Of a stretch of DNA of 64,000 nucleotides, positions 1 through 9,326 are shown in pieces. Source of the DNA: Veleropilina oligotropha (lineage: Eukaryota); the NCBI GenBank assembly GCA_048128005.1, contig JBEUKZ010000095.1, positions 1 to 64,000 on the forward strand. Reading direction: 5' to 3'. Each line of letters starts with the position of its first letter. Position 1 is the first letter of the stretch. A program made the position numbers and the translations under genes. The notes under the pieces were generated by a model. It ran no database searches. It saw only the letters and a list, made by a program, of their open reading frames with translations, and was not told the DNA's origin.

Positions 1-771
1 AATAATGAACGGATTGACCTGGACGAGACCAATATTGAGAAAAATCCAGGGTTGAGAGCCTTATCTAAACTTTGTTTGAATAGCTTCTGGGGTAAATTTG
101 GGCAGCGTCTCAATTATAGGCAAACAGAAATAATTCACGAATCCGAGGCTGAGAAATTCTTTCAGATATTGTCAGATCCAAGCAAAGAAGTTCAAAATTT
201 TCACATTATCGAACCCGACTTTATACAATTAGAATACGTTCATCGGAAAACGAGTGTGCCAGACAATAACAAGGCTAATATTTACATCGCCTCGTTCACC
301 ACATGCTGGGCTCGTCTCAAACTGTACGAGGTGTTAGACCAATTACAACGGAGGGTGCTCTATTATGACACCGATTCTGTGATATTCGTGACTGGACCAG
401 GTCAGGTCGATATGCCCTTGGGGGATTATTTAGGACAGCTGACCAACGAACTCGACAATGATGATTACATCATAGAATTTATCTCTGGAGGGCCTAAAAA
501 CTATGCCTATCGTACGAATGCGGGCAAGGAGACTTGTAAAGTTCGAGGTTTTACTCTAAATTACATCAATAGTAAGCTGGTCAATTTTGAGGCCATCAAA
601 GAGATGGTCACAAACGCTCACGGTTCGATCACATTGACCAATCCGAGTAAAATTTGCCGCAACAAGTTGAAACGCAAGCTTTATAACCGTATAGAGAAAA
701 AGAAATATCGAATTGTATACACAAAACGCAGACTTTTACCAAATCTTGACACCCTGCCCTATGGTTATTAA
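1..771 (+). CDS. polB: Protein-primed family B DNA polymerase, C-terminal part (5' truncated by window edge)
   Basis: Frame open from base 1. Motif B KLCLNSFWGKFGQ, motif C YYDTDS, GPKNYAY, KVRGFTL and the Polinton-typical LPYGY C-terminus. Confidence 0.95.
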   Translation, partial: NNERIDLDETNIEKNPGLRALSKLCLNSFWGKFGQRLNYRQTEIIHESEAEKFFQILSDPSKEVQNFHIIEPDFIQLEYVHRKTSVPDNNKANIYIASFTTCWARLKLYEVLDQLQRRVLYYDTDSVIFVTGPGQVDMPLGDYLGQLTNELDNDDYIIEFISGGPKNYAYRTNAGKETCKVRGFTLNYINSKLVNFEAIKEMVTNAHGSITLTNPSKICRNKLKRKLYNRIEKKKYRIVYTKRRLLPNLDTLPYGY

Positions 772-962
772 GGATGCACTATTTTTGTAAATAGATAACT
801 GTATATAAATATTGTGTATAGTATGCTTTATATATCAAAATCTTGTGAAATATATTTGTGTCCAAGAAAATAAAATGTACAAATGTTATGTGTCTGACAA
901 TTTGTGTACAGAATAATTTTGTTTCAATGTATTTTCAATAGGATTATTTTTGTTTATGACAA

Positions 963-1180
963 AAATCTTGTCAACTAGTTTCATGTCTGGGGGAAATCTT
1001 GTCAACTATTTTGATGTCTGGGCAAAATCTTGTCAACTAGTTTCATGTCTGGGGGAAATCTTGTCAACTATTTTGATGTCTGGGCAAAATCTTGTCAACT
1101 AGTTTCATGTCTGGGGGAAATCTTGTCAACTATTTTGATGTCTGGGCAAAATCTTGTCAACTAGTTTCATGTCTGAGCAA
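963..1180. repeat. Tandem array of ~31-bp units in alternating A/B variants (~62-bp period)
   Basis: aaatcttgtcaactagtttcatgtctgggg and aaatcttgtcaactattttgatgtctgggc alternate about 7 times between the convergent polB and structural cassette. Confidence 0.9.
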
Positions 1181-1364
1181 AATCATGTATAATATGTATG
1201 GGGGGGCATTTTTTAAATTATGTGCTTCGCATAATGATACAATATTTACACAAGTCGGAGAGAACATGGATGTATGTATAATGGTATAATCAAATCGTAT
1301 ACATGTATATGGTTATAACATGACTCAATAAAATGTATATTATGTTTTTATTCAGAGTTATGCA

Positions 1365-1634
1365 TTAATAGGGTAGCCATTTGAATGTTTCTTGTCTTTT
1401 CCCGGGGGGTCCTGCGATCAGCTTTCCAGGTACACCGCCATTGCCACTTTGAACAATTCCTTTGATCAATTTAATGATGTCTTCTGTATTATCAGTTGGA
1501 TTGTCCGATGTCCCAGTCGCCGCATTCCTCAATGTTTGATTCCCCAATGTAGGGTTTGAAATGATGTTTGACGCATTATGGCGTATTAACGATTCATATT
1601 TCTCTTTAGGCACTAAGATTAATTCCTTAGCCAT
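1365..1634 (-). CDS. Small Maverick hypothetical protein
   Basis: ATG start, overlaps the upstream gene end, lies in the co-oriented cassette; contains QSGNG (QxGxG). Confidence 0.6.
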   Translation of the reverse strand: MAKELILVPKEKYESLIRHNASNIISNPTLGNQTLRNAATGTSDNPTDNTEDIIKLIKGIVQSGNGGVPGKLIAGPPGKRQETFKWLPY

Positions 1635-1974
1635 CGAGCAATGGTATGATGTGTTTTAACAATAATCGTATCACCGAAGTATGCTTCAATAACGCCTCTT
1701 TCTTCTTTTGTATACTTTCACCTCGAGTGGATAACAGTAAGATGATATTTTTATAACATCGCAACTTATTTATATCAGATGGACTCAACTTAACGTTACC
1801 TTTCAGAATATTTAAAGCCACTTGCGACAATGCGTGTAGCTGACCTGTAGATATGTATTCGATTAACGCTTTTCGTTGCCGTGGTTTACAGTCATATAAT
1901 ATCTTTAGGAATGCAGAATGTCTTGCGATCGTGTCCGTCATCGCGTCAAGAATGCGATGTAATGTCTCCGCCAC
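1627..1974 (-). CDS. Small basic Maverick protein
   Basis: Tightly packed in the cassette; pattern LKIL..C...RKAL....LNILKGNV.L...KL resembles a small ORF common in invertebrate Polintons. Confidence 0.65.
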   Translation of the reverse strand: MAETLHRILDAMTDTIARHSAFLKILYDCKPRQRKALIEYISTGQLHALSQVALNILKGNVKLSPSDINKLRCYKNIILLLSTRGESIQKKKEALLKHTSVIRLLLKHIIPLLDG

Positions 1975-1980
1975 ATCAAT

Positions 1981-2613
1981 TTATATGGGTTGATAAACAA
2001 TGCAATCTTCACCGGGGAAAATATGGGTGCGTAATTGATACGCCTTGTCCGTATGAGGCGACAGGTCTATGAGGAGGTAGCCATATTTTGAAGAAGTTGC
2101 CTTATCGTATGCTGCTTTGAAAAAAGTGGATTGGCCTGGTAAAATTTGTGAGCCTAATGTGAGGATTTGTCTATTATCTCGGTAATTGCGAAACACAATG
2201 ATATAGGTGCAATTCAAGGATATGCTTCGAGCATATTTGCCTGGCGGATACAGGTTCTGAGTCAGAAAAATGCACGTGATATTACGATGATGTGACGTCA
2301 CGGTGAACAATTGCACGCAATCTTCTGATTGCACAATTTTCAACATTAAGTCATCTAATACCAATATCATGTGACCATGGTCTTCAGAATATTGCTCAAT
2401 GTCATCTTTGGTGGGTAAACCATGATGAAATATGACTTCTTTCATTTCATCAAACAAGGGTTGGTATTCTGAATAGGCATATACTATCTTGGTGGGTGGT
2501 GTAGCAAACATGTCATGTTCGAGCAACCGTTTTGTCAGGAAAGATTTGCCGGATCCCGTGCAACCAGAAATGAGAATTGTGGCTGGTGACGTAAATTTCA
2601 ATAGACACGACAT
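1981..2613 (-). CDS. A32/FtsK-HerA-type genome packaging ATPase
   Basis: Walker A GCTGSGKS, Walker B LVLDD, SHH..ITCIFLTQN, YGYLLIDL. Confidence 0.93.
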   Translation of the reverse strand: MSCLLKFTSPATILISGCTGSGKSFLTKRLLEHDMFATPPTKIVYAYSEYQPLFDEMKEVIFHHGLPTKDDIEQYSEDHGHMILVLDDLMLKIVQSEDCVQLFTVTSHHRNITCIFLTQNLYPPGKYARSISLNCTYIIVFRNYRDNRQILTLGSQILPGQSTFFKAAYDKATSSKYGYLLIDLSPHTDKAYQLRTHIFPGEDCIVYQPI

Positions 2614-2694
2614 CTTTGATGGATCATCTACAAATGACTATAGGTTTGCATGCATTCGCTTTTGAACAACGAAGTGGGGTTTTACATTTTTTTA

Positions 2695-3150
2695 TTACAC
2701 AAATACAGAATGAGTAAATGCTAGTACAATTTCATCATTTTGCACAAAATCTAGAGTAAAATCACTACACAAGTCATCTAAGGATACGTGAAAACACATT
2801 CGCATTACGATAAAATACAATACGTATAAACCACAATAACTAGAATAATAGGCTTGAATACGATTTCTTATCCAAGAATAACGTCTCGCATTTCTTATAA
2901 TAAACGATTTCAGTCCATAATGTTCCGGTGGTTCCCCTAAACTGTCCATGAATTCCGCATGCCACTCGTTTAAGAAAAGGATGGCTACCCAATGTTTCCC
3001 TGGTCCTGGTAAGGGATCCGTATTGACGATGTAAGCACTAGGATATTCCATGACGTGTAAGGGTAATGTATTAATGGCAAATACACCACGGGTCACATCG
3101 TTCAAACATGGGTCGCTCCTGATGATATGCGTTAATTGATGATTGTTCAT
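2695..3150 (-). CDS. Adenain-like (C5) cysteine maturation protease
   Basis: VNTD....G.HW, EFMDSLG, Q....SYCG supply the His/Asp/Gln/Cys catalytic set. Confidence 0.92.
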   Translation of the reverse strand: MNNHQLTHIIRSDPCLNDVTRGVFAINTLPLHVMEYPSAYIVNTDPLPGPGKHWVAILFLNEWHAEFMDSLGEPPEHYGLKSFIIRNARRYSWIRNRIQAYYSSYCGLYVLYFIVMRMCFHVSLDDLCSDFTLDFVQNDEIVLAFTHSVFV

Positions 3151-4460
3151 GGCTGAATGTACGTCACGTTGCGAACTTTATCGATTTCCAGGAGAGCGGG
3201 AAATGTAGCCACTGCCACACAACTGATGGATTCTGTTGTTGCAGTTTTGAACCTCACAGATAATCTGGTATTCCCATGTCTGATCAAGTTAATATACTTG
3301 TCTCCCAGATCGCACGGATCCAATGTGAAAACGAAGAAGGTATATCCATCGTTATAGTCTAATCTTCCAATGTTGAGACCGGCATCTTTATTCCACTTAT
3401 CACACGTGTCAAATAAATGAGTATAAGCTGTTGAATTTCCTCCGTTTATGCTAAAGTCAAATTTTAGCGGTGTACCCGGTAGACTTTCACCATTTACATA
3501 TAGTCCTACTTCCTGAACGTTAAAGTGTTGAAAATTAAATGGGTTCTTAGTGTAAGATCCGTTGACCGCTGATTGGCTGATCAGTCCGACGATCAATTTA
3601 GAGGGTCTTGCACTTGGGTAGATATTATCCCAGAAAAAATCGCTGGAGCCTTTAGCAATGGTGTTCATCTTCACCTCTGTTTTATCCATGGAATATTTAA
3701 CTGTGTTGACATCGAATTGTTTCATGTGACTCAACACTATTCCAGGATCCACGCGAACCTTGGCTACTTTGTAAGCCACGTCCAATAACTCGAGCTTGTA
3801 AGCTGGCGAATCTTCACTCGACATCAATAACAATGGAGCACGGGATCTGAATAGCTTTAAATGTATATCCACACCATTTACCAAATATTTATCGATTGAA
3901 AAAATATCTTCCAATAACGGACCTTCCATTTCAAATATCTGGCTTTCTTTTGTGTAATAATAACACTCTCTGAGTCCGAGGTTGGTGCCTGACGCGGGAT
4001 GTGAGCTGTCCATAGGAGGGCTGTCCTTAAAGAACAATTGACTTTGCAATTGTGATTCCTGTTGATCCTTTCCACTAGACAGTATGGTTTTAATGTAAGC
4101 TTTCCATGGATAATTATTCGTATTCAAAGTAACTAATTTATTATTCATATATACATCGATCTGCGACCACATGGACTGCAAGGGTAAATTTATAATTCCT
4201 GCAATTTCATCCTTTATAGGCGGCTTGCCATCTGCTTTTACAATCCTTGCCTTGACATACAAACGACTGCGTTTCAAATCCAGATATTCGGGGCCCTGAC
4301 CAGAAATAGTAAATTCCACTACATCACCATGAATGTTGGAAATAGGTCGAGCTTCTGCGTAATAAATTTTCTCAATGGCTACTTGATTGTTATATCCTTT
4401 AAACAAATCTAATTCCGTAGGCACTGAAATGTGCTGGTTGTCATCGCTGAGAAATGCCAT
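3147..4460 (-). CDS. Major capsid protein (double jelly-roll)
   Basis: 437 aa with ELDLF...Q..IE, YLDL..S.LYVK and NPFNFQHFN motifs typical of Polinton MCP; next to the protease. Confidence 0.88.
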   Translation of the reverse strand: MAFLSDDNQHISVPTELDLFKGYNNQVAIEKIYYAEARPISNIHGDVVEFTISGQGPEYLDLKRSRLYVKARIVKADGKPPIKDEIAGIINLPLQSMWSQIDVYMNNKLVTLNTNNYPWKAYIKTILSSGKDQQESQLQSQLFFKDSPPMDSSHPASGTNLGLRECYYYTKESQIFEMEGPLLEDIFSIDKYLVNGVDIHLKLFRSRAPLLLMSSEDSPAYKLELLDVAYKVAKVRVDPGIVLSHMKQFDVNTVKYSMDKTEVKMNTIAKGSSDFFWDNIYPSARPSKLIVGLISQSAVNGSYTKNPFNFQHFNVQEVGLYVNGESLPGTPLKFDFSINGGNSTAYTHLFDTCDKWNKDAGLNIGRLDYNDGYTFFVFTLDPCDLGDKYINLIRHGNTRLSVRFKTATTESISCVAVATFPALLEIDKVRNVTYIQP

Positions 4461-4849
4461 TATGCGAATGCAGTGTTTTTGAATCGATCCTTAGTTGCTT
4501 TCTTACGTGGGCGTTTTACTATGCTTTTCTTCGATTTTGGTGTCTTCTTGGGTGACGAGGTGCGCTTCTTGGTTGTCTTTGACCGACTGTCGCTTTTCCT
4601 TTTTCCAGACACTTTTATGTAGGGTAGCCCCTCTTTCTTTTCAGATTTTAATTGGACTCTCGCCCTTTCCTCTACTGCAGTCACTGGTGAAATCATGGGG
4701 ATTCTTATCATGGATGGTGTTCTATACTGACTGGCCATACCTCGACCCCACTGTCTTGTAGACTTTTCGGGCTTTAATATACCAGATCTTATGTCTTTGA
4801 ATGCTTGATCCCACACCTTAGGATCGCTGACATAAATTGAACCAGACAT
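4460..4849 (-). CDS. Lys/Arg-rich putative virion core protein
   Basis: Very basic C-terminal half, QWGRG (QxGxG) motif, lies between penton and MCP. Confidence 0.65.
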   Translation of the reverse strand: MSGSIYVSDPKVWDQAFKDIRSGILKPEKSTRQWGRGMASQYRTPSMIRIPMISPVTAVEERARVQLKSEKKEGLPYIKVSGKRKSDSRSKTTKKRTSSPKKTPKSKKSIVKRPRKKATKDRFKNTAFA

Positions 4850-5301
4850 TATCCGAAAGGGAACTTTTTAAAGTGTAGTGTAACCGTTACCGTTCCGGTG
4901 ATAAATGAGGCAAAATCTCCTGTATTGTCCTTTATATAAATGTGTACATGTTCAAGTTGGCTTTGATTCAAACGCATATAATAGGGTAAATGGTAAATAA
5001 CGTTACAGGGTGCTTTATTTCTCAAATACACTTTCCTCAATAAGGGTAGAGATGTATTGCCCACAATACTATCGCTACACGCATCAAAGTACACATAGAT
5101 ATCACGAGTGTTTTTACTCTTGGCACACCCGTTAATGGAAAATTCGGTCATTGCTACAGTCCAATATCCGTCAAATTGCAATGGTTTGTTTAATTTTACT
5201 CTAAAGTCATAATGTTCATTTTCAAAATAATCCAGACTGTCTGTGGACGTGAGCACCATGCGGACACTCATCGTGTTATGACATGTAACATATTTTTGCA
5301 A
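4849..5301 (-). CDS. Minor capsid protein (penton, single jelly-roll), minimal form
   Basis: S.DS.DYF.N....FRVKL..P....G.W.VA.TE; IYVY.D....SIVG....PLLR; I.D..G.......V.VTLHFKK. Confidence 0.85.
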   Translation of the reverse strand: MQKYVTCHNTMSVRMVLTSTDSLDYFENEHYDFRVKLNKPLQFDGYWTVAMTEFSINGCAKSKNTRDIYVYFDACSDSIVGNTSLPLLRKVYLRNKAPCNVIYHLPYYMRLNQSQLEHVHIYIKDNTGDFASFITGTVTVTLHFKKFPFG

Positions 5302-5307
5302 CTACTT

Positions 5308-6393
5308 TTATACAATGTCTACTTGTTGTACCCATGAATTAAATTTGGATGGCCAACCCATCCATTTCACTAACATTTCATTTTGGCCCCCACGTTTTCG
5401 TCTCTTCAATACCTTTTCTATATGCCACACAGTGTCTGCATTCTTATTCACCATCTGCATTTCCTTTTCGTAGAATGTGCCTGATATTGCCTCATCTGCA
5501 TAATCCGTTAACTTGTATACAGGCATGCCTTGTCGTTTATATCTTTTAATGACAATAAACAACTCTTCTGACCACTTTTGTTGGTAATCTCTTAAAAAGG
5601 GGTGTTTCAAGTGTGATATTCTAACCTTATCGCCCGCTTTAAATTTGAATTTCTTCTGAGATGGTGCTGATTTAGTGCGTGCCAAATACATAAGATACCT
5701 CGCCTCACTCTCATTTTCTTTATTAATGCTAGCAGGAGTCCATTGCCCTAATGATCTATGAGGCTTGTTATTGTAATTAGACACCAAATCTTGTAAAACA
5801 TCGATGTATCTGTAACTTTGATTGGCAGTAAAATACCTGTATATCATATTCTTTAGAGTTCTAATGACTCTCTCGGCATAATTAGCTTTAGTTTCATTTT
5901 CGGTAAAATGAACTGCAATATTTTCGGATGACAGATAAGGTTTTACCCATCTATTATTGAATTCGCTCCCCTTATCGAATCGAATCACATTAGGCTTTCT
6001 ACCCTGTGTAAATATAGTTCGGAGTGCATTGACCATCGTTTTGCCCAACTTGTTTTTTACAGGAACGACCCATAAATAGCGGGAAAACACATCGATCACT
6101 ATGAGTAAGAACGTAATGCCATCATTGTATTTGGATACATTTTGCATGTCGGCTAAATCTCCGTCAAACATCGAATCTATTCCTTCCACTACAACATGAC
6201 TTCGCTTGAATTTCCGTATCACTCCTTTTTGTAAACTGTAAGCATCTTGATCTTGCAACCATTGTGTTATTTTCTTCTTACTAATTTTGAATTTTCTCTG
6301 TTTTTGTACCAGTTTATACAATTTGTCTGGACCGACAAAGCCCCGTTTTGGATCATACCACAACTTTTTCAAATATGCTTCTGACATGCTCAC
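5308..6393 (-). CDS. Retroviral-like (rve) DDE integrase with C-terminal chromodomain
   Basis: DLADM...IDVFSRY, FDKGSEF, AERVIRTLK; chromodomain IEKVLKRR...LVKWMGWPSKFNSWV. Confidence 0.94.
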   Translation of the reverse strand: MSMSEAYLKKLWYDPKRGFVGPDKLYKLVQKQRKFKISKKKITQWLQDQDAYSLQKGVIRKFKRSHVVVEGIDSMFDGDLADMQNVSKYNDGITFLLIVIDVFSRYLWVVPVKNKLGKTMVNALRTIFTQGRKPNVIRFDKGSEFNNRWVKPYLSSENIAVHFTENETKANYAERVIRTLKNMIYRYFTANQSYRYIDVLQDLVSNYNNKPHRSLGQWTPASINKENESEARYLMYLARTKSAPSQKKFKFKAGDKVRISHLKHPFLRDYQQKWSEELFIVIKRYKRQGMPVYKLTDYADEAISGTFYEKEMQMVNKNADTVWHIEKVLKRRKRGGQNEMLVKWMGWPSKFNSWVQQVDIV

Positions 6394-6616
6394 TGCTACA
6401 CTTGTAAATGATAACTAAAATATCAATGCCTAAATACATCTATTTATTGACAAAGAAATGTATTGACAAAAGCCATTATGAATACAAGTTGTACACATCT
6501 ATGTTTCCTGGTGATTTGTTTTGACATAAAACACAATAATAATCGCTTCATAATCGATAATAATATCCGTATAGCCATGACAGAGACGTATTATTCTGTC
6601 CTTGGTTTACACAACA

Positions 6617-6868
6617 TCAACCGAATTTTAAGGATATGTTTTTTACATCATGGCTGGATACATTTAACATACGCAATGGCTCAGAATGTGGAAAGTTCTG
6701 TTTCGTACACATTATATCGTACACATTAGATGTAAATCCGAGTGTAGTGCATGTTATCAACAACACTACAAATCTAATAGTCCATTTTACTTTAAAGTTT
6801 CTGCCTCCTTTGACTTTGGGCAGGTCGGTTAAAAACGTCTCCACAACAGTCTCTTCCGAGGTCGACAT
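6617..6868 (-). CDS. Small putative membrane protein
   Basis: ATG start, co-oriented with neighbours, hydrophobic stretch FVVLLITCTTLGF. Confidence 0.4.
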   Translation of the reverse strand: MSTSEETVVETFLTDLPKVKGGRNFKVKWTIRFVVLLITCTTLGFTSNVYDIMCTKQNFPHSEPLRMLNVSSHDVKNISLKFG

Positions 6869-6960
6869 GCTGAATGGTAACTGCTACTGAGAACATCATT
6901 GTTATAGAAATCATGATTATAGATTCACACTGTCTAATATGTCATACTCATGATTGCATA

Positions 6961-7503
6961 TCAGTAGCTCCATGTATGACATCCATTTGGATTGCAAAAT
7001 GAGCACTGCAAATATCCCATTTGATTCTGGTGATCCTGTTGTATGGCGCAGGGGGTCACCGACTCGATTTCGGGCACAAATTCGGGCAAAAGTTCAATGG
7101 CATCTTTTAGCTTTTCCCATTGAGCAATAGAGAGCAGAATCCCCTTTTTGGACGGTTTCACGGACTTGGCCTCTACGCACCACCACCACTGACGGATATT
7201 CACACCTATGAATTTCTTGTCCACAGAAATGTACATATTTGCACCCAGGTGAATGAATAGCTTATCATCTTTCCCCTGCTTCAATGTTGCGATTGTGTCG
7301 TCTGTGGACTTGACGTATCCTACCAACTCGATCCATTGCTTTAGCATCAAGGCGATTCCTCGTTTGGTAGGAAATGTCTTGCCTTTATCGCTAGTCTCGT
7401 ACTTTCGGATGTGAATCAGAATTTCATCGTGCCATGGAGTAGCCGTCACAAACACGTTACCACCAATATCGAGGTGACATCTAGGCGGGTTATTAGTTGC
7501 CAT
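6961..7503 (-). CDS. Tandem PC4-like ssDNA-binding protein with C-terminal Cys/His cluster
   Basis: Two copies of the PC4 signature: IHIRKY...PTKRGIAL...QW..L and VNIRQW...PSKKGILLS..QW..LK; tail C....H......C..C. Confidence 0.85.
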   Translation of the reverse strand: MATNNPPRCHLDIGGNVFVTATPWHDEILIHIRKYETSDKGKTFPTKRGIALMLKQWIELVGYVKSTDDTIATLKQGKDDKLFIHLGANMYISVDKKFIGVNIRQWWWCVEAKSVKPSKKGILLSIAQWEKLKDAIELLPEFVPEIESVTPCAIQQDHQNQMGYLQCSFCNPNGCHTWSY

Positions 7504-7737
7504 CTTACAGGATTGCGCACAGAAATCTTTCTGAAGGATGATATCGGCTCACTTTATATAGAGTTAAAAGGCTATTTTTAGACCATGATATCATAGATTG
7601 ATGTCAGTTGCTATTTTGGGCCCCCATGCACTCGATACAAGTTATAAATCCCAGTAATCTGATTGGTTAATAATTCCCCCATGCCCTCAATATGGCCTAT
7701 AATTCCACAGGAGACTGTTCTGCTCTTTTTAGAGTCA

Positions 7738-7940
7738 GGGGAGAATGGCTCATATTATGTGGCAGGTGGTCCTTTGTCTCAGTAGACACTACCTCAGGGG
7801 TAGCGCGAGGTCACCACAAGGTCGCCCCATACACTCGCAGGGGAGAATGGCTCATATTATGTGGCAGGTGGTCCTTTGTCTCAGTAGACAATGACTCAGG
7901 GATAGTGTGAGGTCACCACAAGGTCACCCATACACTCGCT
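7738..7940. repeat. Two ~103-bp direct repeats in the Maverick subterminal region
   Basis: gggagaatggctcatattatgtggcaggtggtcctttgtctcagtagac near 7739 and 7841. Confidence 0.85.
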
Positions 7941-8554
7941 AGACACGCCCCCATGATGCTGACCTACATTCAAGGGCACCTCGGGGTCATCCAAAGGTCA
8001 AAAGGTCAATTGTTTTAAACAGGCATGTATACTACTTCCGGCACCTCCGATTTTACATGTTTTTTCTTTATAATATACCATTTTTGAGAATTACACCTGG
8101 TTCCAAGAAAGACATATTGGAAAACCCGTGGCTACCACTCATCACGTGTACCGCAGAACGAGTATGACGGCAGAAACAACAAAAAACAACATGCTCCAGT
8201 GGCGGAGTTGCATGCGTGGAAATAATAACAGAGGTTCAGAAACAGCAGGCTCTGTGTGACCATTGATTCAAAGACTATCATTATGCACATCTTGAAAATA
8301 TGTGTGGCTCAACATAACCAGCCGGCTAGATATTGATGACAATATTGTTTTTCATTTATGTCGATCCGTATAATATATTGGTGATCAAGCATATATCAAT
8401 TCTACCATTTTCATGCATGAGAGGCGTGTATGGGTATTAATATCACGCATCCAGTGTAGACAAGCGTTCGTTTTTGACGTACACAATCGCATGAGGAGGA
8501 AATCGTGTCGTGTACGTGACGTGACGCATACGCATCATGTGTGCCCAGCCCTTA

Positions 8555-8681
8555 AGGCCGGCTTTCCATGTACGCGGAAACGCATTTCCGCGTACATGGA
8601 AATGGTCCCTCATAAATATGCAATATCGATAAAATCGCGCGCTGAAACGCGCGCGTTTCCGCGTACATGGAAAGCCTGCCT
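8555..8681. mobile_element. PIF/Harbinger-type MITE
   Basis: TIR aggccggctttccatgtacgcggaaac / gtttccgcgtacatggaaagcctgcct flanked by TTA on both sides. Confidence 0.75.
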
Positions 8682-8685
8682 TTAA

Positions 8686-9326
8686 AGGCCTCCACACACC
8701 AACGCAGCGCGTAAGAAGTGCAGCAAAGCGCGCGATAACCCCAAAATCACTCATGTTGATTTATGATGACCAACCTTAACTAACACAGCGCGTGAGCAGC
8801 AACATTTTCGGATCGCGAAAAGGCGATTTTTGCTGCTTGCTGCTTCGACGCTCCGGGGAATCCCCTTTTGAAGATGGTATGTTGCAGTCTAACAACCGCA
8901 AGAATATCATCGAGTTGGTTTATGGGCATTCTGAAATACTGCTTGAAGATGGTACTCTCCACATTATCTTCTTCTCTGTTGAGTATTGTTTATCCATACA
9001 CGTATTTGTGATTGGCGCCGTTTTCTTCTCATATACATGACCACAATGGCTTATCTTTCTCGTTCAATCATACAGAAACTACAGACGGGTTGACTATAAT
9101 TGTATATACTAGTATAAACGTATGCTGTTCTGTTATATATACTTATACACTGTAGTTGATTCTGCATGCATTTCTCATGCATTCAATAACTATTTTAAGC
9201 AGTTACGAGTGACTCACAATGCTTGTCTTCGTTTATGCAGCGCCGCTTCGCTGCTCAAATGTGGGTTAAACATACGCGCTGCGCGGCACTGCGCCGCTTA
9301 CGCGCTGCGTTGGTGTGTGGAGGCCT
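8686..9326. mobile_element. Harbinger-type non-autonomous element with transposase remnant
   Basis: TIR aggcctccacacaccaacgcagcgcgtaag at both ends with TAA/TTA flanks. Minus strand reads FKQYFRMPINQLDDIL, like a Harbinger transposase N-terminal region. Confidence 0.7.

Larger units (their letters stand above)
1..8036. mobile_element. Maverick/Polinton (adintovirus-type endogenous virus), right part; left end outside window
   Basis: Compact intronless cassette of pPolB, ATPase, protease, MCP, penton and integrase. Ends in ACTACT (8031-8036), the typical Polinton terminus, after a repeat-containing subterminal region. Confidence 0.93.

Noticed and set aside
963..1180. CRISPR array
   Set aside because: Units are contiguous with no unique spacers, there are no cas genes, and the context is eukaryotic.
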